Below are positions 29,337 through 39,177 of a stretch of DNA of 64,000 nt, piece by piece; the stretch's first letter is position 1; every line of letters begins with the position of its first letter. The position numbers and the translations under genes were made by a program. Origin of the DNA: Blautia sp. (lineage in GTDB: Bacteria > Bacillota > Clostridia > Lachnospirales > Lachnospiraceae); NCBI GenBank assembly GCA_026169535.1, contig JAPFCU010000061.1:39538-103537 (forward strand). The letters are read 5' to 3'. Below the pieces are notes generated by a model, which was not told where the DNA came from, ran no database searches, and saw nothing but the letters and a program-made list of their open reading frames with translations.

Positions 29337-29424
29337 GTTATACAATTAAAATGACAAAATCCTCTTTATTTTTGCCTAATTTTCTGATATAATACATAAA
29401 AATACACAGATAGGGAGGGTAATC

Positions 29425-30789
29425 ATGAATAAGAAAAGAAACTGGGTGATGCTTGCAGTTCTTCTTATAGCATTTATGATGCTTCCGGCAGTGTCATCTA
29501 AAACAGTTCATGCGGAACAAAACAACCGTACAGAATCGAAAATCTGGAATGGCTGGGTGACTCGGGGCGGACATCGCTATTATTACCGTAATGGGAAACC
29601 GGTAACAGGCGGATGGCATCAGATCAATGGTGTCAGCTGTTATTTTGACAAGTATGGACGTGCAGTAAAAGGCTGGATCAAATATAATGGATATCGTTAT
29701 TATCTGAACAGCTATGGAAGACCGGTAACAGGATGGAATACCATTGGCGGAAAACGCTGCTATTTTGACAAATATGGTCATGCAGTAAAAGGCTGGCTTA
29801 AGCTGAACGGAAAAAGATATTATCTGAACGATTATGGAAGAATCCATACAGGCTTCCAGAAAATCGGAAAATACAGATATTACTTCCATACAAAATATGG
29901 TTATGCGTTTATCGGCTGGACGACTATTGGCGGACAGAAATATTATTTTGATTCTGTGGGACGCGCAGCAACCGGAACAAGAACCATGAATGGAAACAGG
30001 TATACTTTTAATGGATATGGACGTCTGCTTCGTGTGAGCAATCCTGTGGTATATCGGGCGGTTATTATCGGAGAGGCGGATTACCCGGGATTTTCCAGTG
30101 ACCTCTGGGCATGTGGAAATGATGCAAGAGCGATGAGGGATATGCTGAAAAGAACAGGATACAGTACGGTAAGTACTGTGATCGATGCTTCTGAATACAG
30201 TGTACGCAGCCAGATCAGCCGTACCTTTGCATCAGCAGACAGTAATGACGTGTCATTCTTCTATTATACAGGACATGGAGCAAGCGACGGATCACTGGTT
30301 ACAACTGATTATGGCTCTATTTCTCCATATAGACTGGCATCCTGGTTAAAACAGGTTCCCGGAAATATTGTAGTTATGCTGGACAGCTGCTACAGCGGCA
30401 GAGTAATTGATAAAGCTATGGGTGCAAAGGCTGCAAAAGACGGTGCAGAATTGTTTAACAGCAATGTAATCACTGCGTTTAACAGTGCGGAAGCAGAAGT
30501 GTCAAAAGCAGGTCCGATGTCTAACAGTAAATTTAAGGTTCTGACTGCATGCTCCCAGTACGAGCTTTCATGGGCAAGTCAGTACAGTAGTTTTTTCAGC
30601 GCTTCACTTGTAAAAGGTGTTGGATTTACTTATAGCGGATCCAGACTTTCCAAAGCTCCGGCAGACAGCAATAAAGATAAGAGGCTTACGCTGAAAGAAT
30701 GCTATAATTATACAAAGAAACAATGTGGAACAAGACAGCATGTACAGTGCTATCCAAGCAGCAGCGGATTCAAACTGTTCCAGAGATAA
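29425..30789 (+). CDS. Secreted protein: cell-wall/choline-binding repeats plus caspase-like (peptidase C14) domain
   Basis: Signal peptide; about 8 GW..I.G..YYF...G repeats; FFYYTGHG and MLDSCYSG His/Cys dyad; NDA, LTAC motifs. Confidence 0.85.
   Translation: MNKKRNWVMLAVLLIAFMMLPAVSSKTVHAEQNNRTESKIWNGWVTRGGHRYYYRNGKPVTGGWHQINGVSCYFDKYGRAVKGWIKYNGYRYYLNSYGRPVTGWNTIGGKRCYFDKYGHAVKGWLKLNGKRYYLNDYGRIHTGFQKIGKYRYYFHTKYGYAFIGWTTIGGQKYYFDSVGRAATGTRTMNGNRYTFNGYGRLLRVSNPVVYRAVIIGEADYPGFSSDLWACGNDARAMRDMLKRTGYSTVSTVIDASEYSVRSQISRTFASADSNDVSFFYYTGHGASDGSLVTTDYGSISPYRLASWLKQVPGNIVVMLDSCYSGRVIDKAMGAKAAKDGAELFNSNVITAFNSAEAEVSKAGPMSNSKFKVLTACSQYELSWASQYSSFFSASLVKGVGFTYSGSRLSKAPADSNKDKRLTLKECYNYTKKQCGTRQHVQCYPSSSGFKLFQR
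29600..29860 (+). repeat. 120-bp internal tandem duplication within cell-wall-binding repeats
   Basis: TATTTTGACAA.TATGG...TGCAGTAAAAGGCTGG at 29641 and 29761; TATCTGAAC..TATGGAAG at 29701 and 29821. Confidence 0.7.
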
Positions 30790-30793
30790 AATT

Positions 30794-30830
30794 AATCCCC
30801 GGTTTTTCGTTTTGAAAGAACCGGGGATTT
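30794..30830. terminator. Bidirectional terminator
   Basis: AATCCCCGGTTTTTC ... GAAAGAACCGGGGATT. Confidence 0.75.
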
Positions 30831-30831
30831 G

Positions 30832-32352
30832 CTATCTGTTAAAATGGGATTTTAAGGAAGTAATGCAGCGCTTTAACAGATGTTCTGATTCCACTAAAAT
30901 TTCTTCATGTGTCCTTGAGAAAAACAAAGAATGGCAATTCCAGTTTTTTTTCTGTGCCTTTGGAGGAACAGGGAAAGAGGTCTCAGCAGCAAGATTGCGG
31001 AATTTAATTGTATGAGAATTACAGGTCATACAAATCTCTAATGAAGAGTTTTTTTTCAGAATATCATAAGGAATCAATACCTGAAAATCATAAAAACAGG
31101 CCAGAATACTGCCGTGATACCGGAACACACGATCAGCGCTCTGCTGGAAACTGCACGGGAGAGTTTCTGCATGTTTTTTGGCAGTTAAACGTACAAAAAA
31201 CTGTTCAGGTTTCGGAAAATGTGCTCCTGCTTTTGCGGAGCCACAAAGCAGAAGACCGTTATCCTGGGGAATCAGCTGTTGAAGCTTTACTACATAAGAG
31301 GACATGGAAGCAGTGATGGTCTCACCATATCTGTAATGATAATCTTCATCCTTATATTCAAGAATTCCGGAATCAGCACCATATTTAGTACGAATGACTA
31401 AATCCTTTTGCTCCTTGGAAAGATTTTTTTGTTCCAGGATGATCGGATCACTGATATAGGACAGGCATTCTTTTAGGAGAGCTATAAACCTTTCTTTTTC
31501 TGACGGAGTCAGGACATGTTCCGGGAATTCTTCCATACGGAACCGGCTCTGCAGATCATACATCATGTGGAACTGAACGAATTTGGGCACAGAGCCATAC
31601 AGTGCAAGAGCCTGTTGTGCAGACCAGAGGACATATTCCTGCAGACAGTCCAGATACCATTCTTTATGTAGCTTTGAACCGTTTAGGGCTGAATTCATGC
31701 TTTCCCGGCAGCGATAGTCATAACGAGCCTGAGGAACAATACCATACCTGGGATTTTTTAGAAAAAGTCCCATAATAGCTCTGGCATCCTCCGCATACCG
31801 CAGAGAGGTACTGAAAAAATCCGGAGTTAAGACTTCTCTTTTAAAAAAAGCAGAAGCAGCAGATAATTGTACAAAAGAATATTTTTGGTTTAGATCTACA
31901 AGAAGGTTCTTGTTGGATGCAAATTTATAATTTAATCGATGAGGTTGTTCTTTTTTTTCAAAAAAGTAAATAGGAATAGATACAAGATCTGCCTTATCAT
32001 CTATCGTAATGAAATATCGATACACGGAAGATAATGTATCTGGGGATAATTTATCATCAGAGTCCATAAAATTGATATATCTACCCTCTGCTGCAGCGAT
32101 TCCTGCGTTTCGGGCAGAGGATACGCCGCCATTTTCTTTATGGATCACCTTGATATTATCAGGATATTTTTTTTGCCAGAAATCGCATATGGAACCGGAA
32201 GAATCAGGAGAACCATCATCTACCAGAATCAGTTCTACGGATTCCTGGAAGCCGATATCCTGTGCAAGAATACTCTGAATGGCTTCTTCCAGATAGTTTT
32301 CTGCGTTATATACAGCAGATATGATAGAAAATTTGAATCGATAATCAGTCAT
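30832..32352 (-). CDS. GT2 glycosyltransferase (resembles the N-terminal part of GT2-TagF fusions)
   Basis: SII.AVYN, VDDGSPD, NGGVSSARN, FMDSDD, AEDA; RBS AAGGAG before ATG at 32352. Confidence 0.88.
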   Translation of the reverse strand: MTDYRFKFSIISAVYNAENYLEEAIQSILAQDIGFQESVELILVDDGSPDSSGSICDFWQKKYPDNIKVIHKENGGVSSARNAGIAAAEGRYINFMDSDDKLSPDTLSSVYRYFITIDDKADLVSIPIYFFEKKEQPHRLNYKFASNKNLLVDLNQKYSFVQLSAASAFFKREVLTPDFFSTSLRYAEDARAIMGLFLKNPRYGIVPQARYDYRCRESMNSALNGSKLHKEWYLDCLQEYVLWSAQQALALYGSVPKFVQFHMMYDLQSRFRMEEFPEHVLTPSEKERFIALLKECLSYISDPIILEQKNLSKEQKDLVIRTKYGADSGILEYKDEDYHYRYGETITASMSSYVVKLQQLIPQDNGLLLCGSAKAGAHFPKPEQFFVRLTAKKHAETLPCSFQQSADRVFRYHGSILACFYDFQVLIPYDILKKNSSLEICMTCNSHTIKFRNLAAETSFPVPPKAQKKNWNCHSLFFSRTHEEILVESEHLLKRCITSLKSHFNR

Positions 32353-32588
32353 GGATATTCTCCTTTCCCAGATATAAATTAATCCTACCATAAGAAAACA
32401 CTCATGGTATAATAATTACGCGCTTATAACACAAAATTAATCCTTTGTAAATAGTTTCTCAGATGGAGAGAGACAAATGCAACAAAATTGTAATATAGCG
32501 AAGAGTATGAATTGCCAAGGATTTTATTCTATGATACAATACGGATTGAAAATAAAATGGATAGGAAAGGCTCAGATTGGAGGAAATC

Positions 32589-33734
32589 ATGTGTAAAGAC
32601 CAGAATACAGTTGTTTCTGTGATCATTCCTACATTTAATGTGGAGAAATATGTGGAACAGTGTCTGCGCAGTCTTTTGGAGCAGACTTTTCGTGAGTTTG
32701 AGGTCATATGTGTGGATGATGGATCTTCGGATGGTACAATAGAAATCATAAAAAGGATACAGGCTGAGGATGACAGGATCTGCCTGATTGAGAAGGAACA
32801 CTGTGGACGTGCCGGCGTGATGCGGAATATTGGACTGGAAGAGGCAAGAGGAGAGTACTGTCTTTTTTTGGATGCAGATGATTTCTTTGAAAAAGAAATG
32901 ATTGACCGGGTTCTTACAAAGATCAGAGAGGATCAGGCAGATATCTGTCTGTTTGATGCAAGATTATATAATGAAACAACAAAAAAATATAAGGATATCG
33001 ACTATATCCTTCAAAAAGATTATCTTCCGGAAATATTGCCCTTTGAGGGAAGAACCTTTCCATATATTTTTAATGTAACGTCTGGCTGTCCCTGGAGCAA
33101 AATGTTCAAAAAAAGCTTGATCGATACGGAAAATATTCGTTTTATGGATCTTCCCAGAAGCAATGATGTATATTTTGTTTTTCTTGCAATGGTTTTGGCA
33201 AAACGTATTACTGCTGTCCGTCAGGTGTTTGTAAATTACAGGCAGTCAGGAGAAAGTCTTCAGGCAAATAATGCAAGATCTCCATGGAACTGGTATGAAG
33301 CGCTGAAAAAATTAAAGAATGATCTGGTAAGACGAGATTTGTATGAGAAAACAGAAACCAGTTTTAAGAACCTGGTATTTGGAGTGAGTATTTATAATCT
33401 TTGTTCTCTGAAATCAGCACATGTATTTTCAGAAGTGTACGAAAAACTTCAGAAAGAAGTTTTTGCGGAATTTGAGCTGGAAGATTTTCGGAAAGAGCAA
33501 TGCTATTCTTATAATGAAAAGAAATATGAAATATATTGTGATATATGCCGATATGACGTAAAGGAATATATGTTTCGTGAAATCATGGGATTAAAAGAAG
33601 AAAAATCCTATTGGCTGAAAAGGGCAAAAAAAGCAGAACAGGAGCTGAAAGGTATAAAAGAAAGTACTACGTTTAAAACCGGTCAGTGCCTTCTGGCTGT
33701 GCCCAGAAAATTAAAGAAGATCATAAAACATTGA
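32589..33734 (+). CDS. GT2 glycosyltransferase
   Basis: VSVIIPTFN, VDDGSSD, FLDADD, NDVYF. Confidence 0.92.
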   Translation: MCKDQNTVVSVIIPTFNVEKYVEQCLRSLLEQTFREFEVICVDDGSSDGTIEIIKRIQAEDDRICLIEKEHCGRAGVMRNIGLEEARGEYCLFLDADDFFEKEMIDRVLTKIREDQADICLFDARLYNETTKKYKDIDYILQKDYLPEILPFEGRTFPYIFNVTSGCPWSKMFKKSLIDTENIRFMDLPRSNDVYFVFLAMVLAKRITAVRQVFVNYRQSGESLQANNARSPWNWYEALKKLKNDLVRRDLYEKTETSFKNLVFGVSIYNLCSLKSAHVFSEVYEKLQKEVFAEFELEDFRKEQCYSYNEKKYEIYCDICRYDVKEYMFREIMGLKEEKSYWLKRAKKAEQELKGIKESTTFKTGQCLLAVPRKLKKIIKH

Positions 33735-33764
33735 TTGAGATAAGTGTATGGAGGAAAGGAAAAA

Positions 33765-36212
33765 ATGAAGTTTAAATGGAGTACAGGATCTTCAAATAAT
33801 GGAGATGTTCTGGTTTCCGTGATTGTTCCCGTATGTAATGTGGCAAAATATCTGCCCAATTGTCTGGACAGTATTTGTGGGCAGACCTTGAGTAATATTG
33901 AGATCATCTGTGTAGATGACTGCTCCAGAGATTCCTCTGCAGAAATATTGAAGGATTATGTAGCCAGGGATTCCAGGGTCATTCCTATATATCACAGCGA
34001 AAATTTAAGTACCTCTCAGGCAAGAAAAGATGGAGTGGCTGCATCCCGTGGAAAATATGTCATGTTTGTTGACGGAGATGACGAGCTGCATCCCCAGGCC
34101 TGTGAAATAGCTTACAGGGCAATAGAAAAATACCATACAGATATGGTTCAGTTTGGTACAGAGATCGTCAATTGTGCCGGCGTGCCTAAAGAACGTATCG
34201 AAATGAATCAGAAACTGCTGGAACCATATATGGAAGGTGAGATCAGCGAAGAAAATCTTATCGGATCCTGCTGGATAGAGAAACTTTTTGGATACAGTCT
34301 TTGGAACAAGATTTACAAGGGAGATATATGCCGCAGGGCATTTCAGCAGGTAAAAGATGGTTCTTTTCCAAAAGCACAGGACCTGTATGCATTTTTTCTG
34401 ATCGCATACAATTCCAGAAGCTACAGAGGAATTGAGGAACAGCTGTATCGGTATAAATTCGGGCTTGGGGTTACCGGCAGTAATTATATATCAACTGCTA
34501 AATTTGATGTTCTTCTCACAGAAAAAAAAGTATGGGAAGCATTGGTGGAGTTTGCAGAGCAGCAGGGAGAACTGGAAAAATATCAGTCAGTTCTTGATAC
34601 CATCGCTGATCATTTTCTTGGGGACTGTACAGGACGCTGGGCCAGAAATCTTCAGATAGAAAATCTGTCGGAAGCATTTCAGCATCTCGTTGATGTCTGG
34701 GGAATGGATAAGGTGATCAGTAAGCTTGCAGAACAGAACTGGGAGAAAGCTGCTGGTGTTGCAGAGAAGCTTGCACAGGTGGAATTGTTTACACATAAGA
34801 AACATATTTCAGGTTATCCGAGAACAGTGGCAATGTATTACCGTTCGATCAAAAATGGGGGTGCCCAGAGGGTTGCGGCTGAGCTGTGTAATATTTGGGC
34901 AGGAATGGCAGATGAAGCAGGAAATCCGCTGTACAAGGTGATCCTGATCACAGACGAGGAGGAAGAAAAGAATTCAATCAAGGAATATTCCTTGGATCTC
35001 CGTGTAAAAAGAGACTGTATTCCTGCTGTTACAAAATCGACAGAAGGGCTGTATTCCAGGCGATATCAGGCGTGGAAACGGGTGATCCGGGAACATGGGA
35101 TCGATATTGTTGTAACTGGAATGTGGGTGGATCCCTGTATTTTATGGGACATACTCAGTGTAAAAGGACAGCCGTCTCATCCGGCTTTTGTAATACACTG
35201 TCATAGTTTTACCTGTGCACCATATCGTTTTATGGGAGATAAGTTTGCTGAGCTGATCTATGATTACAATCTCAGCAATGGGGTTGTAACCTTATCAGAG
35301 GCAGATCAGAGACTGGTCAGCTGCTTTACCGATTATTCAAAATGTATATCTAATCCGATTTCTTTTACTGTGGATTCTACTGTGATAACAGAAAGAAAAG
35401 AAAATACAATTGTATGGGCCGGCAGGATTTCGCCGGAGAAACAGCCTTTTGATGCAGCGTATATGATGGCTCATGTAGTAAAAAAAATACCGAATGCCAG
35501 ATTATATATGATCGGCCAGGGAAATGAAAATGTCAGTAGAGAACTGGAAGATCTGATCGAACAGCTGGGAATACAGGATAATCTTATTTTGACCGGATTT
35601 ACTTCAGAAGTAGAAAAATATTACAGTACGGCATCTGTATTTGTGGGAACATCCGAATATGAAGGCTTTTCTATGGTGTTCTGCGAGGCAATGGCTCATG
35701 GAGTTCCTGTAGTGACTTATGATCTTCCATGGCTTACCCTGACAAGAGATGGAAGAGGAATTATTTCTGTACCTCAGAAGCGCCCGGATCTTCTTGCAAA
35801 GGAGGTAATAAAACTCCTTGAAGATCCGAAATTGGGAGAGGAGATTGGTCTGAAGGGACGGGAACAGGTGGAAGGCCTGGAAAAAACAGATCTTGGAGAG
35901 CAGTGGGACAGCTTTTTTACAGAAATATCTGCAGAAGGAGAAGGAAAGCAAAACCGAAATTCGGACGAAGTAGAGGCTGTACTGCTGAAATACATGACCT
36001 TATATGCAAAAATAGGAAAAGATACGAAAATAGAAAATCTGGAAAAAAGGATACAGTCTCTTCGCCGTACAAATAAAAAATTAAAAGAAAAAAATAAAGC
36101 TGTAAAAAGGACTGTGACCTTCCGGATAGGAAAAGCTATTATGTTTGTACCCAGATTAACTGTAAAATTGTTGAAATCTCTGATTGGGAAAGAGAAAAAG
36201 AAAGAGGGATAA
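33765..36212 (+). CDS. Bifunctional GT2 + GT4 glycosyltransferase
   Basis: VSVIVPVCN/VDD/FVDGDD (GT2); GGAQRV, AGRISPEK, EGFSMVFCEAMAHG (GT4 EX7E). Confidence 0.9.
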   Translation: MKFKWSTGSSNNGDVLVSVIVPVCNVAKYLPNCLDSICGQTLSNIEIICVDDCSRDSSAEILKDYVARDSRVIPIYHSENLSTSQARKDGVAASRGKYVMFVDGDDELHPQACEIAYRAIEKYHTDMVQFGTEIVNCAGVPKERIEMNQKLLEPYMEGEISEENLIGSCWIEKLFGYSLWNKIYKGDICRRAFQQVKDGSFPKAQDLYAFFLIAYNSRSYRGIEEQLYRYKFGLGVTGSNYISTAKFDVLLTEKKVWEALVEFAEQQGELEKYQSVLDTIADHFLGDCTGRWARNLQIENLSEAFQHLVDVWGMDKVISKLAEQNWEKAAGVAEKLAQVELFTHKKHISGYPRTVAMYYRSIKNGGAQRVAAELCNIWAGMADEAGNPLYKVILITDEEEEKNSIKEYSLDLRVKRDCIPAVTKSTEGLYSRRYQAWKRVIREHGIDIVVTGMWVDPCILWDILSVKGQPSHPAFVIHCHSFTCAPYRFMGDKFAELIYDYNLSNGVVTLSEADQRLVSCFTDYSKCISNPISFTVDSTVITERKENTIVWAGRISPEKQPFDAAYMMAHVVKKIPNARLYMIGQGNENVSRELEDLIEQLGIQDNLILTGFTSEVEKYYSTASVFVGTSEYEGFSMVFCEAMAHGVPVVTYDLPWLTLTRDGRGIISVPQKRPDLLAKEVIKLLEDPKLGEEIGLKGREQVEGLEKTDLGEQWDSFFTEISAEGEGKQNRNSDEVEAVLLKYMTLYAKIGKDTKIENLEKRIQSLRRTNKKLKEKNKAVKRTVTFRIGKAIMFVPRLTVKLLKSLIGKEKKKEG

Positions 36213-36213
36213 T

Positions 36214-37598
36214 ATGAAACAGGAGACAATGGGGAAAAAAATTCTGATTTTCTTAACGGTTCTTGCAGCTGTGTTCTTGTTTGGCGGCAGACCTGCAGAG
36301 GCGGCTCCTGCAAAGTATAAAGTTGTTTTTGCAGATTCCAAAGGAAAAGTATCCTCAGAAAGGTTTCGAAAATGGGCATGCAAGGCAGAAAAAAACACTT
36401 GTATTAATCTTCCGGAGGTTTCTGCATCCGGGTATCGCTACTACTGGGTACTTAAAACAGGCCAAAAAGAAAAGTTTTATGATCCGGGAGAACGCTTTCG
36501 GGTAAAAGAAAATACAAAATTTTATCTTTACAGATATAAACTGTATCAGGTGAGATTTTACACTCATGATGGAAAGCGGGAATATATTTCAAAAAGAAAA
36601 TTACTGAATAAAAGGCAGTCTGTTACACTTCCTTCTGTGCCGGGAGGAAGTACTTATAAGGGGATAGGCTGGACAAGTACAGTAAACGGAAGGTATGTCA
36701 GGAAGCCTGGAACCAAGACCGCTGTAACCGGAAATATGAAATTTTATGCTGCAGTAGAAAAGACATCCTCTGTAACACTGAGATATTCCAATGGAAAATT
36801 ATATCGAAGGATTTATACATCATCACAGCAGGTTCCGTCATTTCCGGCAGTAGGTCTGAGAAATGGTGATATGGTCCTGGGATGGTCAAGAGAAAAGGGA
36901 AAGACTGTGAATCCGGAGTATATGACCGGAGACGGGATTCCCTCAAAAACAGGAACTTATTATATGGTAACCTTTCCGAAGGAAAGTGACAGGAAGCCCT
37001 CCAGTCTGTATATGCCCAATCGATATGACAGAGTATACTGGGTAGGGGATTCCAGAACAGTGGGGATTGCAGGCCTTATTAAAAAAGATGTTTCTCCAAA
37101 TGTCAGCTTTATCTGTAAAGGAAGCCAGGGACTGGAATGGTTCAGAAAAACTGCATTTAAACAGTTGTACTCTCAGGTTCGAAACAGACCAAAACAGGAA
37201 AAAAAGGCTGTGATCATTAATTTAGGGGTAAATGATCTTTATAATATCAATGCTTACCTCAGGGTTATGCCGGAATATGCCAGAAAATTAAAAGCTTATA
37301 ACTGTAAAATGTATTATATGTCTGTAAATCCGGTAAACAGTGCGATGATGAGAAATTTTACCCATCGAAATCCATACAGATCAGAAAAAAAGTGCATGAT
37401 TTTAACCAGAAGATTTACAAAGGGCTTTGTACAGGAAAATCAAAAACATTTACTTATATTGACTGCTGCAGTTATCTGGAAAGAAAAGGATGGATCAGTA
37501 ATCGTTACGATGGAGGAATATTGGATGGGCTTCATTATTCCAATGCTACATCTTTGAAAATCTATCAGTATGGTATGAAAATGCTGGATAAAAAATGA
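36214..37598 (+). pseudogene. Secreted SGNH/GDSL hydrolase with N-terminal repeats, split by a 1-nt frameshift (may be programmed, phase-variable or an error)
   Basis: GDSRT, GSQG, NLGVND in frame 36214-; DGLHY in ORF 37392-37598; continuity with paralogue 39178-40563 restored at GAAAAAAAG (37384-37392). Confidence 0.8.
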
Positions 37599-37629
37599 GA
37601 AAGACTGCTGAGCGGAAGAAAGGAAAAAA

Positions 37630-38034
37630 ATGAAACGTGTTATCACATATGGAACATTTGATCTTCTTCATTACGGACATATTAATCTTTTGCGCAGGGC
37701 AAAACAGCAGGGGGATTACCTGATTGTGGCTTTGTCTACAGATGAGTTTAACTGGAATGAGAAGAGAAAAAAATGTTATTTCTCCTACGAAAAAAGAAAA
37801 CAGCTTTTGGAAGCTATTCGCTATGTGGATCTGGTGATCCCGGAAGAAAGCTGGGAACAGAAGCGTACGGACGTAAAAGAATACCATGTAGATACCTTTG
37901 TGATGGGAGATGACTGGGAGGGAAAATTTGATTTTCTGAAGGAAGAGGGATGTGAAGTTGTTTACCTTCCTCGTACACCGGAAATTTCCAGCAGTCAGAT
38001 CAAAGAAGATCTCCATGCAAACGAAAAAAAATAA
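37630..38034 (+). CDS. tagD: Glycerol-3-phosphate cytidylyltransferase
   Basis: TYGTFDLLHYGH, MGDDW, RTPEISSS. Confidence 0.95.
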   Translation: MKRVITYGTFDLLHYGHINLLRRAKQQGDYLIVALSTDEFNWNEKRKKCYFSYEKRKQLLEAIRYVDLVIPEESWEQKRTDVKEYHVDTFVMGDDWEGKFDFLKEEGCEVVYLPRTPEISSSQIKEDLHANEKK

Positions 38035-38048
38035 GGGGCTGACCGGGA

Positions 38049-38936
38049 TCATATCCCGGTCAGTTTGTCTAAGGAGGAAAAATGATATCCCATTTCTTCC
38101 CATTTTGTAAGCAGCTCATCCAGGATCGCGGCATTGGTAGAAGAGGTATTATGAAGCAAAACAATGGCGCCAGGATGTATTCGTGTCAGAAGTTTGTCAA
38201 AAGCTTCCTGGCTGGAGGGCTGCTGATCCTGGATCCAGTCCACATAAGCAAGACTCCAGAAAAAGGTGGAATAGCCTAGATTTTTCGCCATAGAAAGATT
38301 TTGGATATTATAGATTCCCTGAGGCGGACGATAATATTTTTTCATTTCTTTTCCGGTGACATTTTTGTATAGCTCCTCTACCTGCTGCATTTCTTTTTGA
38401 AAAGAACTGATGTCCGAGATCCGGGACATATCAGGATGTGTCATGGTATGATTTCCTATGGTATGACCTTCTGAAACAATTCTTTTTATCAGATCCGGAT
38501 GGTCTGAAATAAAATTTCCTACAGCAAAAAAGGTTGCAGGAGCATTATGTTTTTTCAGAGCATCCAGTATTGCTGGCGTGTTTCCGTTTTCGAATCCGGC
38601 ATCAAAGGTAAGATAAAGCACTTTTTCAGAGGTATCCTGGGCAAAATATGCATTATATTTTTTTAGTTCTTCTACGGAAGCATTTCCGACAGGCCGCTTT
38701 CCTTTTTCCTGAAAGCTGAGTCCCCAGCTGTCGGAAGAGGCGGAAAGGATAGAAGCAGCTGTACTTTCTGAGATACTGGGAACGGAAGAGGTCTTTTGAA
38801 AGTTTTGGCTGATCCATGTAACAAGACTTCCTATACAGGATCCTAGAAGAAAGGCGGCCGCAAGGATCGCGGTAATCCTGCATCCGCGGGAATAGCGTGT
38901 AAAAATGGAACAAATGAAATTACGAGATGATCTCAT
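38049..38936 (-). CDS. pdaA: Polysaccharide deacetylase, PdaA-like (muramic delta-lactam)
   Basis: LTFDAGFENG, GNHTMTHP, YRPPQG, FWSLAYVDW, IVLLH. Confidence 0.82.
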   Translation of the reverse strand: MRSSRNFICSIFTRYSRGCRITAILAAAFLLGSCIGSLVTWISQNFQKTSSVPSISESTAASILSASSDSWGLSFQEKGKRPVGNASVEELKKYNAYFAQDTSEKVLYLTFDAGFENGNTPAILDALKKHNAPATFFAVGNFISDHPDLIKRIVSEGHTIGNHTMTHPDMSRISDISSFQKEMQQVEELYKNVTGKEMKKYYRPPQGIYNIQNLSMAKNLGYSTFFWSLAYVDWIQDQQPSSQEAFDKLLTRIHPGAIVLLHNTSSTNAAILDELLTKWEEMGYHFSSLDKLTGI

Positions 38937-39177
38937 GGTATTCTCCGTCATTTTTTTACAGTATATGAGAGATCTGAAAAAATAAAACTATGGAAAGAGG
39001 GATCTGCCTTCTTGGAGACTGATAAGAAAGTTTTGTTAAAAAAGAAAATTTAAAATATAACAAAAATATGAAATAAGGATGAAGTTTATATTGAACTTTA
39101 TTGAAAAAACTGATATAGTAGTTTTAGGTATACGTGTTAAGCTAGGTTTTTTATAAAAGAAAATAAGGAGCTGTACG

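Noticed and set aside
30780-32386. Imperfect direct repeat CCAGA(G/T)ATAAA(A)TTAATCC flanking the minus-strand GT2
   Set aside because: Short, AT-rich and imperfect, with a third partial copy near 32433; no recombinase nearby, so not supportable as a target-site duplication
37392-37598. 68-aa ORF as an independent gene
   Set aside because: It is the out-of-frame C-terminus of the upstream SGNH protein, by alignment to the paralogue
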